Shown here: piece after piece, positions 8,507-17,170 of the stretch
Layout: every line of letters starts with the position of its first letter
Position numbering within the stretch: position 1 is the stretch's first letter
Origin: a virus
Direction: 5' to 3' (one strand)
IMG/VR virus record: IMGVR_UViG_3300048999_000173
Span: 1-64,000 of that record
Length of the DNA stretch: 64,000 nucleotides
Notes under the pieces: generated by a model
Seen by the model: only the letters and a program-made list of their open reading frames with translations
Databases searched by the model: none
What the model was told of the DNA's origin: nothing
Program-made: the position numbers and the translations under genes

Positions 8507-9556
8507 ATGGAATCTGGGATAGGCGGCGACACCCTGCTGTTGTCGGAGGACGCGGTCCGGGTTTTCGGACTGATCGCCGCTGGTGCGCCGCTCGCGGACG
8601 GGGATGCGGAATTCGTTGCCGAACTCACCACCCTCGGCTATGTGGTGATCAATTCGGAGCACGGGAAGCTGGTCGCATTGGACCCGCGGCACGTGTCCAT
8701 GCGCCGGCTGAAGCAGGAGCTCGCGGAGGCCGCGGAACGCGTCAGCACCCTCCGCGCGCTCCCCGACACCACGAAGGACCTCCTCGCCCAGTTCGAGCAC
8801 TCCCAACTCCGGGCTGGTGAGGGAGCCGAGTACATTCACGACGTGGCGGTGGTCAACACCCGCCTCGATGATGTCGTTGGCGGCGCGGAGTGGGAGATCC
8901 TCGCCGCGCAGCCCGGCGGCCCCCGCACCCGCGAACAACTCGACCGCTCCATGGCCCGTGACACGGCCGCCCTGGACCGCGGGGTGGTGAAACGCACCCT
9001 GTACCGAGCGAGTGTGCGCGACAACCCGGTGACAGCCGAGTACGCGCGGACGATGTCCCACCGCGTCGCGGGCCGTCCTGCGGAGTTCGCAACGCTGACG
9101 GAGCCGTTCGAGCGGGTCATCATCGTCGACCGCAGGACGGCGTTCATCTCCAACCACCTGGTCGCGGACGGCCCGGAGCATGCGGCGTGGCAGGTGACGG
9201 ATCAGGCCGTCATCGCCTACATGGTCGCGGAGTTCGATGAGAAGTGGCGGCGCGCGGACCCGTGGAAGGGCGAGGTCCGCGGCAGGGCGCTGGACATGAT
9301 GTGCGGGCCGGGCGCGGGCGGGGTGCGCACTACCGCCCGGCAGCGGGAGATCATGCGGGACATGGTCGCCGGGAAGGACCAGCGGGCGACGGCGGCCCGC
9401 CTGGAGGTGTCACCCCGGACGGTGTCCGACGAGATCAAGGAACTGAAGAGCCTGTTCGACGCGGAGTCGCGGGAGCAGCTGGCGTTCAAGTGGGCGTTCT
9501 CCCAGGACCGCCTGGTCGGCGTGAACCCGGCGGCCGGGGTGGAGGCCGCGGCGTAG
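8507..9556 (+). CDS. TrmB-like sensor / LuxR-family C-terminal HTH transcriptional regulator
   Basis: central ILAAQPGG..RGVVKRTLY..RVIIVDRRTAFI..FDEKWRRA.PW domain; C-terminal TARQREIMRDMVAG...ARLEVSPRTV. Confidence 0.85.
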   Translation: MESGIGGDTLLLSEDAVRVFGLIAAGAPLADGDAEFVAELTTLGYVVINSEHGKLVALDPRHVSMRRLKQELAEAAERVSTLRALPDTTKDLLAQFEHSQLRAGEGAEYIHDVAVVNTRLDDVVGGAEWEILAAQPGGPRTREQLDRSMARDTAALDRGVVKRTLYRASVRDNPVTAEYARTMSHRVAGRPAEFATLTEPFERVIIVDRRTAFISNHLVADGPEHAAWQVTDQAVIAYMVAEFDEKWRRADPWKGEVRGRALDMMCGPGAGGVRTTARQREIMRDMVAGKDQRATAARLEVSPRTVSDEIKELKSLFDAESREQLAFKWAFSQDRLVGVNPAAGVEAAA

Positions 9557-9560
9557 GCCG

Positions 9561-10151
9561 CTACTCGGCAGGATGGCCCGGGCACAGACGCGGACTGTCG
9601 TACCGCGGGCAGCGCGGGCAGTCCGCGGCAGTACCGCCCCACGGAGTCGCTGGCTTCCTGGTCGCGTTCGACGGCTGCACGCCCTTGATGACCGCCAACT
9701 CGCGCTGCACGGCGGTCAGCTTGGCCAGGTATTCGGCGGCCTGCTGCTGCCAGTCCGGTGCCGCGCCCGCGCGGAGGCGGCCGGTCATGAACCGGTCCCA
9801 GCCTTCCAGCGCGTACTCCAGGTCCTTGATGCGGGCACGGAGGCCTTCCGGGTCGCGGTCCTGACGCAGTTCAGCAACCTCCGCCTCGAGGCGCCGCATG
9901 TCGGCAGCAGCGCGGACCTTCTGCCGTTCCTTGCCCTTGTCGAAGCCCCGCCCGAACGCGGCCCGGCGCTCCTCGCGCGGGCACTCCGCAATCCACTTGG
10001 CGAGCGCGGCCGCCGCGTCGCGGTGCTCCTGCGCGCGCTCGGGGTCGTCCTGCTCGAGTTCGTCGATGCTCCGGTAGTCGTACTCGCGGGACAACTGGTC
10101 GGGGAGGCGCTGCTCCACGGTCAGATGGTCCGGGGTGGGCTCATCGGTCAC
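9561..10151 (-). CDS. hypothetical coiled-coil protein
   Basis: GTGA-coupled; C-terminal CPRC..CPGH. Confidence 0.75.
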   Translation of the reverse strand: MTDEPTPDHLTVEQRLPDQLSREYDYRSIDELEQDDPERAQEHRDAAAALAKWIAECPREERRAAFGRGFDKGKERQKVRAAADMRRLEAEVAELRQDRDPEGLRARIKDLEYALEGWDRFMTGRLRAGAAPDWQQQAAEYLAKLTAVQRELAVIKGVQPSNATRKPATPWGGTAADCPRCPRYDSPRLCPGHPAE

Positions 10152-10294
10152 GGCAGGTCGTCCTCGTCCAGGGTTGGCTGTTCGTAGCGCGGTGTCAGGT
10201 CGATGGTCTCCTGGCCCTCGAGCGGTTCCGGTGTCGGCTGCGCCAGGCTGGCCTGTAACGCGGCCACGCGGTCGCTGATGGCCGGGTCGGTCAC
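10148..10294 (-). CDS. small hypothetical protein (48 aa)
   Basis: MTDPAISDRVAALQASLAQPTPEPLEGQETIDL...; GTGA overlaps at both ends. Confidence 0.65.
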   Translation of the reverse strand: MTDPAISDRVAALQASLAQPTPEPLEGQETIDLTPRYEQPTLDEDDLP

Positions 10295-10692
10295 CGGCCG
10301 CTCCTGGGCTCTTTGAGACGCGTCTCCGCCTCGTACTGGTACTGCTCCGCCTTCTCCCGGGCCATGTCGGCGGTCTCCTTGCGGCCTTCCAGGTACCAGT
10401 ACTCGCCCTTCAGTGCCTCACCGCCGGGCGGCAGGTTGTCGACGTAGTCGGCGAAAGCGCGGAGGACTTGGGCGGCATGCCGGTCCAGGGCGGCCTTGAA
10501 AGCGCGCGGGTCAACGATGCCCCCGAGTCCGGTTGCGAGGGTGAAGGCCATGCCCTCGAGTTCCGTGCGGGCGTCGCATGCGCAGCGGACACCGCCATCG
10601 TGGTGGGGTGGGTCGGGTTCGACGGTGATGAGGTTGCGGCATTGGTCGGGGAAGCCGGCGCACGGCTGCGGGTCGGGCGGGTTTCCAGTCAT
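10291..10692 (-). CDS. hypothetical protein
   Basis: AGGAG RBS, ATGA coupling. Confidence 0.7.
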   Translation of the reverse strand: MTGNPPDPQPCAGFPDQCRNLITVEPDPPHHDGGVRCACDARTELEGMAFTLATGLGGIVDPRAFKAALDRHAAQVLRAFADYVDNLPPGGEALKGEYWYLEGRKETADMAREKAEQYQYEAETRLKEPRSGR

Positions 10693-11078
10693 CGCTTCTC
10701 CTGGTCGGGGCAGTTGTGAGTGCGGCAGCCGTCGTGGATGTAGCAACCGTGGACGCAGCGCGGCCGGTTGTAGTCGGGGGCTTCGTAGCGGCGTGGCGCA
10801 CGGCGTACGGGCGTGGTGGGCCGCTTGTGCCAGCCGGACGGCTCGTCCTCAATGTCCGGGTGCCACTCGTTGACCGCTTCCCGGACGACTTCCGGGTCGC
10901 GGGGATAGCACCAGGCGTGGTCGTAGCCGAATTGGCCTTCCTCGCCGTGGGTGACGGCGATGAGACGGATGTTGAAGCCCTGCCAGATCCACAGGTAGCG
11001 GTGGGTGTCGTCGGCGGCGAGCTCTTCGCCCTGCCAGTGCTCGTCGACGATCGGCGCGGCGTGGTGCGTGACGGTCAC
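10689..11078 (-). CDS. hypothetical protein
   Basis: GGAGG RBS; GYDHAWCY..W.P...EPSGWHK motif. Confidence 0.75.
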   Translation of the reverse strand: MTVTHHAAPIVDEHWQGEELAADDTHRYLWIWQGFNIRLIAVTHGEEGQFGYDHAWCYPRDPEVVREAVNEWHPDIEDEPSGWHKRPTTPVRRAPRRYEAPDYNRPRCVHGCYIHDGCRTHNCPDQEKR

Positions 11079-11485
11079 CGTGTCGCCTCCATTCCGATCT
11101 GCCGCTGCACGGCGGCCAGGTCGTCGTCGCCGACGGTCCACAGTCCGAGTTGGCCGCGGACCGGGCGTGGCGGGTGCGGGACGGGCCGTACGTCCTCGAG
11201 CACCCAGTGCCAGGCGCCGGGGAACCCCCAGGGGGCGCAGCAGCGCGGGGTGGCGGCCTGGTGGCAGGAGGCCAGGGTCGCGACGGCGACGATCGCGGAG
11301 AAGTGGCGGGGCCACTTGCGGATCATGTCGGAAGGGAGGGCGTTCTCGTCTTCGGCGGCGCCGGCGTGGATCAGGATGGTGGTGCCGAGGTGCTTGGGTG
11401 GGATCGGCTTGGGCCGGTTCTCGATGCGCTTCGGACCGTGGGCGATGGCGGCCGCCCACGGCTGTCGTACGGTCAGGGCGCGCAC
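11075..11485 (-). CDS. ASCH domain protein
   Basis: RALTVRQPWAAAIAHGPKRIENR...ILIHAG...RGQLGLW. Confidence 0.85.
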   Translation of the reverse strand: MRALTVRQPWAAAIAHGPKRIENRPKPIPPKHLGTTILIHAGAAEDENALPSDMIRKWPRHFSAIVAVATLASCHQAATPRCCAPWGFPGAWHWVLEDVRPVPHPPRPVRGQLGLWTVGDDDLAAVQRQIGMEATR

Positions 11486-12237
11486 GTGGTGGGCTCCTTG
11501 GTCTCGATGGCGGGGCAGGCGGGGTGCTGCTTGCGGGCGTCGTCGATCCCGTACGGGTGGTCGTAGCCGCCGGGCAGGAGCGGGCGGTAACTTTCCCCGC
11601 GGGCGGGGCAGGTGCGGCACTGCCAGTACTCGCCGTCCCGGTCGTGCTCGAGGTCGAAGCGGTCGTACCAGGGGAGGAGTTCAGCGGCCCGGCGTTGGTA
11701 GATGGTGGTGCGCTGCTTGTACTCCTTGTACGTGGCGCTGTCGGCGTTCGGAGCGTCGATGTTCTGGTTCCAGGCCGGGTTGTAGTCGGGGTGGGTGCGG
11801 TAGAGGCGGGCGAGGCCGCGCATGGTTTGGCAGGGGACGCCGCTGCCGGAGATGGTGCAGGTGATGCAGCGGCCGGCGGACTGGCCGCGGGAGTCGACCC
11901 AGATGTTGTGGTCGGCGGCGATGAGGTAGAGGGAGTCGATGCGGCCCAGTTCGGTGTCCCGGGCATCGCCGGGCGGCATCTGCTCGGCTGCGGTCTGGGC
12001 GTCGGCGAGGCGGGCGTAGACGAAGTCCTCGCACCTGAACTCCCACCGCCAGCTCGGGTCTTCGGGGCCGGTCATCTGGTTGGTCACAGGGATATCCAGC
12101 AGGCCTCCACGGCGGGAGGCCGCCGGGGCGATGACGAACGGGTTGCCCCAGCGGCTACCACGCCCTACGTACTGGGCGTCTTCGGGTGCGCGCCATCCCT
12201 TCGTTCGGCGGCGCTGGATTCGGTAGGTCACGGTCAC
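11473..12237 (-). CDS. chimeric protein: truncated DUF4326 N-terminus plus DUF6221-like segment
   Basis: RIQRRRTKGWR...YVGRGSRWGNPF, then an unrelated region with PCQTMRGLARLYRTHPDYNPAW. Confidence 0.65.
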   Translation of the reverse strand: MTVTYRIQRRRTKGWRAPEDAQYVGRGSRWGNPFVIAPAASRRGGLLDIPVTNQMTGPEDPSWRWEFRCEDFVYARLADAQTAAEQMPPGDARDTELGRIDSLYLIAADHNIWVDSRGQSAGRCITCTISGSGVPCQTMRGLARLYRTHPDYNPAWNQNIDAPNADSATYKEYKQRTTIYQRRAAELLPWYDRFDLEHDRDGEYWQCRTCPARGESYRPLLPGGYDHPYGIDDARKQHPACPAIETKEPTTCAP

Positions 12238-12365
12238 GTCTCCTGGTCGTGGTGTCGGGTGCGGTGGGCCCAGTCGACGGTCGCGAGGAACGTCCAGCCC
12301 CAGGTGAATCCGGTGACGGCGACCGCGGTGAGCGTGTCGGCCGCCCAGGACGGCAGGTGCATCAC
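12234..12365 (-). CDS. small membrane peptide
   Basis: MHLPSWAADTLTAVAVTGFTWGWTFLATVDWA...; coupled at both ends. Confidence 0.55.
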   Translation of the reverse strand: MMHLPSWAADTLTAVAVTGFTWGWTFLATVDWAHRTRHHDQET

Positions 12366-12844
12366 GGGCTGGACTCCGGGACTGCGTCGTCGTTGGCGGT
12401 GTGGCCGGGGAGGGGGATGTCCACGGTTCGGGCGGCCGCGGGCCGGTTGGGGCGAATGTTGGGGGTGGGCGTGCACCAGGGGCAGTCGGGCACGGTCAGG
12501 TTCTTGTGCTCGCGGACGTGGACGGCCTGACGGCACGTGCACGGGGTGAGGGCCGGCGGGGCAGGGGCGGTCACGGGCGCGGTGGGCGGCTGACTGGTGC
12601 CGGGCCAGATCCACGGATGCAGCACGGTGTGGTCCATGTCCGGCTGGCAGGCCGGGCACCGTGCCGCACTGTCCCCGGTATGCGATAGGGCGGCGGGCGC
12701 TTGCAGGAGGTGCCGTACCTGGAGGGCGACGGGGTGGATGGCGGTTTCATCGTTGAGTGCGGCCTGGGTGTGGGCGTCCAGGCCGGCCGCCCACGCCAGG
12801 AGCCGTCCGATGGCATCGGATTGATGCTGCGTGCCGTCGACCAT
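12362..12844 (-). CDS. hypothetical Cys/His-rich protein
   Basis: GGAGG RBS; CPAC..H, CTC..H..CPWC. Confidence 0.7.
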   Translation of the reverse strand: MVDGTQHQSDAIGRLLAWAAGLDAHTQAALNDETAIHPVALQVRHLLQAPAALSHTGDSAARCPACQPDMDHTVLHPWIWPGTSQPPTAPVTAPAPPALTPCTCRQAVHVREHKNLTVPDCPWCTPTPNIRPNRPAAARTVDIPLPGHTANDDAVPESSP

Positions 12845-12845
12845 G

Positions 12846-13409
12846 TCAGGCCCCCTCCGGTTGCTGCTGGATCAGGACGTCGGCGCCGCACTGGGCGCAC
12901 AGTCCGCCGTCCGGCAGGTCCTCGGACGTGAGCGGAATGGCCCCGTCGCCGAGGTCGTCGGTGTGGCGGGTGCAGTACACGGAGAAGGCGCCGGGAAGCG
13001 CTGATCGGTAGGCGACGATGCGGTCGCCGTCGTCCTCCTTAGGCTGCTGTGTCCCACCAGCGGGCCCGGTAGCGGGCTGGTGCTCTGCTTCGACGGTCTG
13101 GGTGGTGAGCGAGGACACCAGCCGGAACCCCCGCTTGCTGCCGCTCGCGGCGACGGTCTGCGCGTAGTCGCCGTGGGCTTCCGCCTCATCGACAATCGGT
13201 GCGCTCCAGCTGCTCCAGGAGCCGTCCCGGCGCGGCGTGAGGATCTGCCGCACGCGGACGGGAGGATGCTCGGGCCGGTCGATGCCGAGGGCCTGGCGGA
13301 GTTCGTACTGGGCGGCGAGGGCTTCGGTGCTGGGGTTCGGGGTGTTGAGGATGAGGGTGGCGAGTGCGTCCAGCGCCCGCCGGGCGGATGCTTCCAGCGG
13401 TGTGGTCAT
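12846..13409 (-). CDS. hypothetical protein with C-terminal Zn ribbon
   Basis: GGAG RBS; YCTRH...LPDGGLCAQCG. Confidence 0.75.
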   Translation of the reverse strand: MTTPLEASARRALDALATLILNTPNPSTEALAAQYELRQALGIDRPEHPPVRVRQILTPRRDGSWSSWSAPIVDEAEAHGDYAQTVAASGSKRGFRLVSSLTTQTVEAEHQPATGPAGGTQQPKEDDGDRIVAYRSALPGAFSVYCTRHTDDLGDGAIPLTSEDLPDGGLCAQCGADVLIQQQPEGA

Positions 13410-13438
13410 AGGGGCGGCTCCAGGGCGGGGATTCCGGG

Positions 13439-14185
13439 TCAGGCGGCGGGCAGGGTAAGGGCGTCCAATCGGAGTGCGGCGCGTTCGGCGTACTCCTCGC
13501 TGGCCTCGATGCCGATAGCGCGCCGACCGGATAGACGGGCGGCGTCCAAGGTGCTGCCCGATCCGAAGAACGGGTCGACGACGAGGCCGCCTTCAGGGCA
13601 GGAGTAGCGGATCAGCCGCTCCAGCAGAGAGACAGGCTTCTCTGTCGGGTGGAGGCCGCCGCGGACGGACTTGGCGTACTGCACCGAACGCATAAGGCGG
13701 GTGCCGTCGTCCTCGTACCGTTGCGCGCCGATCTTCCCTAGGTGCTGGCCACGGTCGGTGCGGGCGCGGGCGTGTTTGTCCGGCCCGGTGTAGGCGTCGC
13801 GCGGAGTGTCGTGGTGCACGGCACTCCAGTCGCCGCGGTACCAGTGGGTGGCGATTTCGTGGACGCGCTTGAAGCGGTCGGTGGCGAACCCGGTTCCGTT
13901 GGCTTTCTCCCAGACGACGTCCTGGGAGAGTTTCCAGTCGGCGAACTCGTCAGCACGGTCGATGAACATGCGCATCGATCCGAAACACCACATCGACGAT
14001 GTGATGGTCGCAGCCAACTGCGGCCAGCCGTCGGGCCACCGGTCCCACGCCAGGCTGGTTTCCGCGTACGGGGGATCCGTGACGACCACGTCGGCCTGCA
14101 GCGCGAGCGTGGGCAGGACCTCACGCATGTCGCCGACATACAACTGAAGGCCGGCTTCGGGGTCTTCCCAGTACGGGGTGGGCAT
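13439..14185 (-). CDS. orphan DNA methyltransferase (N6-A/N4-C, beta class)
   Basis: catalytic DPPY motif precedes HPTEKP and the SAM-binding DPFFGSGST. Confidence 0.95.
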   Translation of the reverse strand: MPTPYWEDPEAGLQLYVGDMREVLPTLALQADVVVTDPPYAETSLAWDRWPDGWPQLAATITSSMWCFGSMRMFIDRADEFADWKLSQDVVWEKANGTGFATDRFKRVHEIATHWYRGDWSAVHHDTPRDAYTGPDKHARARTDRGQHLGKIGAQRYEDDGTRLMRSVQYAKSVRGGLHPTEKPVSLLERLIRYSCPEGGLVVDPFFGSGSTLDAARLSGRRAIGIEASEEYAERAALRLDALTLPAA

Positions 14186-14285
14186 CCTGCCTCCTGTGGC
14201 GGATGGGTGGGGGCGGGTCCGGTTCAAGCCTGTCGCGGATCGGGCAGCACGTTGCCCCCGCACGGTGGCGGGGGCGCGGTGGTGG

Positions 14286-14453
14286 TCAGGTGGTGGGGAG
14301 CGGGAACTCGTAGACGCCGCCCTGGTCCGGCTTGGCGTACTTGCTGGGGGCTTCGGTCTGGTGGACGATCCGGAGCGGGTTGCCGGCGCGGTCGGTGGTC
14401 TCGATGGCCAGGGCGGTCAAGAGGGCGTAGTGGACGTAGGGGTGGCCGGACAT
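14286..14453 (-). CDS. small hypothetical protein (55 aa)
   Basis: GAAAGGT RBS; MSGHPYVHYALL... Confidence 0.55.
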   Translation of the reverse strand: MSGHPYVHYALLTALAIETTDRAGNPLRIVHQTEAPSKYAKPDQGGVYEFPLPTT

Positions 14454-14607
14454 GGACTGGTTAACTACCTTTCGGAGAGGGAGACTTGGCCAGTCCGGCT
14501 TAGGGCGGGCACGCAGTGCCCCGTCCGAGGATGGGTCTCGGGCGGGGCTTGCGTGACCACGGTATCCCCTAATCCATGGCGAGAGCAATAGGGAGGGTCG
14601 GGCTCGG

Positions 14608-14775
14608 GTGGAAACCATCTTCATCTGCGGCTGGTGCGGCACCGAATGCGTCGTCTGGCTCGAGCCCATCGCCTCATGGTGGACGGACAAGTTCCGCGCC
14701 CCGGCCACCTTCGAGTGCTGGTGGTGCGAAGGAGAGAGCACCAGCCCGCCCCCACCCTGGGAAGAAGCCGGCTGA
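14608..14775 (+). CDS. 55-aa Zn-ribbon protein
   Basis: GGGAGGG RBS; CGWC...CWWC; Trp-rich; below the ORF-track cutoff. Confidence 0.65.
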   Translation: METIFICGWCGTECVVWLEPIASWWTDKFRAPATFECWWCEGESTSPPPPWEEAG

Positions 14776-14790
14776 ACCAGGACGGGCCCG

Positions 14791-15300
14791 TCAGTAGTCC
14801 ATCACGATGCCGAGCGCCATCAGCCAGTAGCCCATCACCCGGCAGCTCATCCCGAAACGCGGCGCAAGCAAGTCCACCAGCTGCCGCGCTGTCCGGAAGT
14901 CCGCCTCGGCCGCCATCCGCCGCACGACCGGCTCCGGGGCGATGAGGGCGGCCGCGAAGCGGTTCGCCTCCATCTCCTCCCGGTCCAGCGGAATACACCC
15001 CATGTTCCCCAGCCGGTACCGGTCGGCCACATCGAGGATCAACTCGCGGCGCTGGTGGATCTGGTGGTGACCGATCAGATGCGCGAGCGCGAACCGCTGT
15101 GCTTCTTCCGGGTGATGGTCGTTGACGCCGATGACGTCCTGGTCGCCTCGGCGGATCAGCATGCCGTTGACGTCTGTCTCGGCCGGCTGCCGGATCACGG
15201 TCACCCCCAACTCGCCGGCGACCTGGTCGAGGTCGACGGGCAGCGTGGTGAGGGCGAACCGGTCGACCAGGGCCCGCGCGGTCACATCAGCCCTCGTCAT
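14791..15300 (-). CDS. ImmA/IrrE family metallopeptidase homologue (HExxH changed to HLIGH)
   Basis: PVDL..VA..LG, GML, IGVN..H...QRFALAHLIGH, E.EANRFAAALIAP, LAPRFGMS. Confidence 0.85.
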   Translation of the reverse strand: MTRADVTARALVDRFALTTLPVDLDQVAGELGVTVIRQPAETDVNGMLIRRGDQDVIGVNDHHPEEAQRFALAHLIGHHQIHQRRELILDVADRYRLGNMGCIPLDREEMEANRFAAALIAPEPVVRRMAAEADFRTARQLVDLLAPRFGMSCRVMGYWLMALGIVMDY

Positions 15301-15304
15301 GCCC

Positions 15305-15787
15305 TCATCCCCGCGGTGTCGGTTCAGACGGGGGGAATCGGTCGTCGAACGACGAAAAGGACTCGCCGGAAGGGGCGAAGACCCCATGCCTGATCAGTTC
15401 CGGGGGAACGTCGGAATCGCAGGCTACGACGGTTACTCCGTTCTCATGGCTCGCCTGAGCCGACTGCAGGACTGGATACCTGTAGGGCTGGCCGGCCAGC
15501 AAAGTGCGGCCGCTGGACTGGAACTCGCGCGCCTTGTGGATCTCGTCTTTGACGGCCTGGACGGGGTCTCCGAATGAGGAGAGATCGAACCATTCGCCCT
15601 GGACCCGGTAGTCGTTGAAGACGACGTGCAGATGCCTTTCCAGTAGTTGGTCACCGTCTCCAGACCAACGCAGAACAAGGCGCGCCGGGTTGCCGGTCTG
15701 GAGGCCAGCAACCCGGCGAGCGGGCTCACCGGCCGTGTATCCGATCTTCACGGTGTTCGAGCCTTCGGGTGCAATTATGTAGATCAC
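15305..15787 (-). CDS. GIY-YIG / T5orf172-like nuclease
   Basis: IYII...VKIGYT...RRVAGLQTGNP...LERHLH..F..YRVQGEWF. Confidence 0.85.
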   Translation of the reverse strand: MIYIIAPEGSNTVKIGYTAGEPARRVAGLQTGNPARLVLRWSGDGDQLLERHLHVVFNDYRVQGEWFDLSSFGDPVQAVKDEIHKAREFQSSGRTLLAGQPYRYPVLQSAQASHENGVTVVACDSDVPPELIRHGVFAPSGESFSSFDDRFPPSEPTPRG

Positions 15788-16907
15788 GCAGTCACGTCCT
15801 CTCGAACGTCGACGCTGCTCTTGGCGTGGTTCCTGCACAGAAGGCTGCCAGGGTCTGTGGGGCGTCCGCACATCCCGTAGTTGCCCTCGCACTCCCCAGA
15901 GCCCTTCCGCGGTGCCACGGTCTCAGCCGACCACGCAGCCGGAGTAGGCGTCGGCCTTTCCTCCTTCGGGCGCCAACCATCGAACGAACTTGCGCTACTG
16001 GGAGGCGGGCTAGAGAGGGCCTGGCGAAGACGGCCAGCGACGACCGCGCCCACCGTGGTGGTGATCTGGTCCGGCAACTTGCGTCCGGCGATGACCTGCC
16101 TGATCTGTTTCGGCGTCCAGCCGGTCACCAGCATGCCGGCGACAGCCATTCCCTGATCCTGAAGCGTCTTTCCCGTCAGGAGAAACTCGGGCTGGTCCGC
16201 CCCAATGGCGAGGAGGAGGTCTACGCCCGGATTCCTGTTGATCTGATGGGGGACCGCTGGCCCGTCCGTCCCTCCGTCCTGTCCTCCTGCCGCGTCCTCG
16301 GGGACGGAGGGACGGGGAGTGTCCAGGGGTGGGTTAGTAGGGGAGGGTTGGGGGTCTTGCAGTCCCCGGGTGCCGGACTTGTAGTCCCCACCCCCAGGAC
16401 TTGTAGTCCCCCCCTCTTGCCCGGATTGCCCTAGGGACTCTGAGTCCCTACCGGGGGACTTGTAGTCCCCCCGTCGGTTTCGGGCTTCCGGCGGCGCCCC
16501 TTGTCCGCGCGCTGCTTCCGAGGCGGCGCTTCCGACAGATCGGGTCGCTCCATCGGCGTCAGGGGCGGCTTCCCCTTCGCCTTCCGATCGGCATTCACCT
16601 GGGTGATGTCCGGGAACCACGAGTACGGAATCATCAGGTCGTACACCTGAGGCCGGAAGTGCTCCGGGATGTATGCGGCGGCCGCCTGGTTCCCCTTGGA
16701 GATCAGGCCGCGCTCCGTCATCGCCTTCAGCCGACGCTGCACGGTCTTCGGGTCGATCTTCGCGATATCGGCGATCGTCTTCTTCGACGGGAACGCATCG
16801 GTTCCGTCCGACCAAGCGCTTTCCCCCAGAGGCATCAGGATGACGCGTTCCTCAGCGTCGACTACTGGGGCCGTCTTCATGGCCCACAGGATCGGCAGCA
16901 GGCTCAC
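15784..16907 (-). pseudogene. HTH replication initiator-like protein with a frameshift in the G-run at 16467-16472
   Basis: N-terminal ILWAM..AP...AFPSKKTIADIAKIDPKTVQRRL winged HTH (16907-16431); C-terminal half lies in the overlapping frame ending at 15784; iteron-like repeats in the linker. Confidence 0.7.
16352..16472. repeat. five imperfect palindromic iteron-like repeats (GGACTTGTAGTCCCC); candidate origin
   Basis: copies at ~16352, 16375, 16397, 16434, 16453, inside the initiator-like gene as in lambda O-type origins. Confidence 0.7.
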
Positions 16908-17170
16908 GCCGTCACCCCCACCATGTGAAGGATCACGCGGGGGCTACTTGCGGTAAGTCTGACGAGTGCGGCTACCCTAAGCACCGAAGTCTTCTTTCGA
17001 TAGGTGTGGCTTCGTTTCGCCAGCAGATTCCAGTCCGCTGGTTGTGCTTGACGGCCGGTGGGTGCTGCGACCTGCCGGCCGCTCGCGTATCCCGAGGTCT
17101 GAGGCTGCGATCTCAGATCGGACACCTGCCGTACACGCTGACCGTAGTCAGGTATCGACCGAACGTTGCC

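Noticed and set aside
13439-14185. Methyltransferase as part of a restriction-modification system
   Set aside because: No adjacent cognate endonuclease; orphan methyltransferases are routine in actinophages.
16904-17125. 73-aa ORF upstream of the rep gene
   Set aside because: Atypical codon usage and no RBS; the region looks more like a structured leader.
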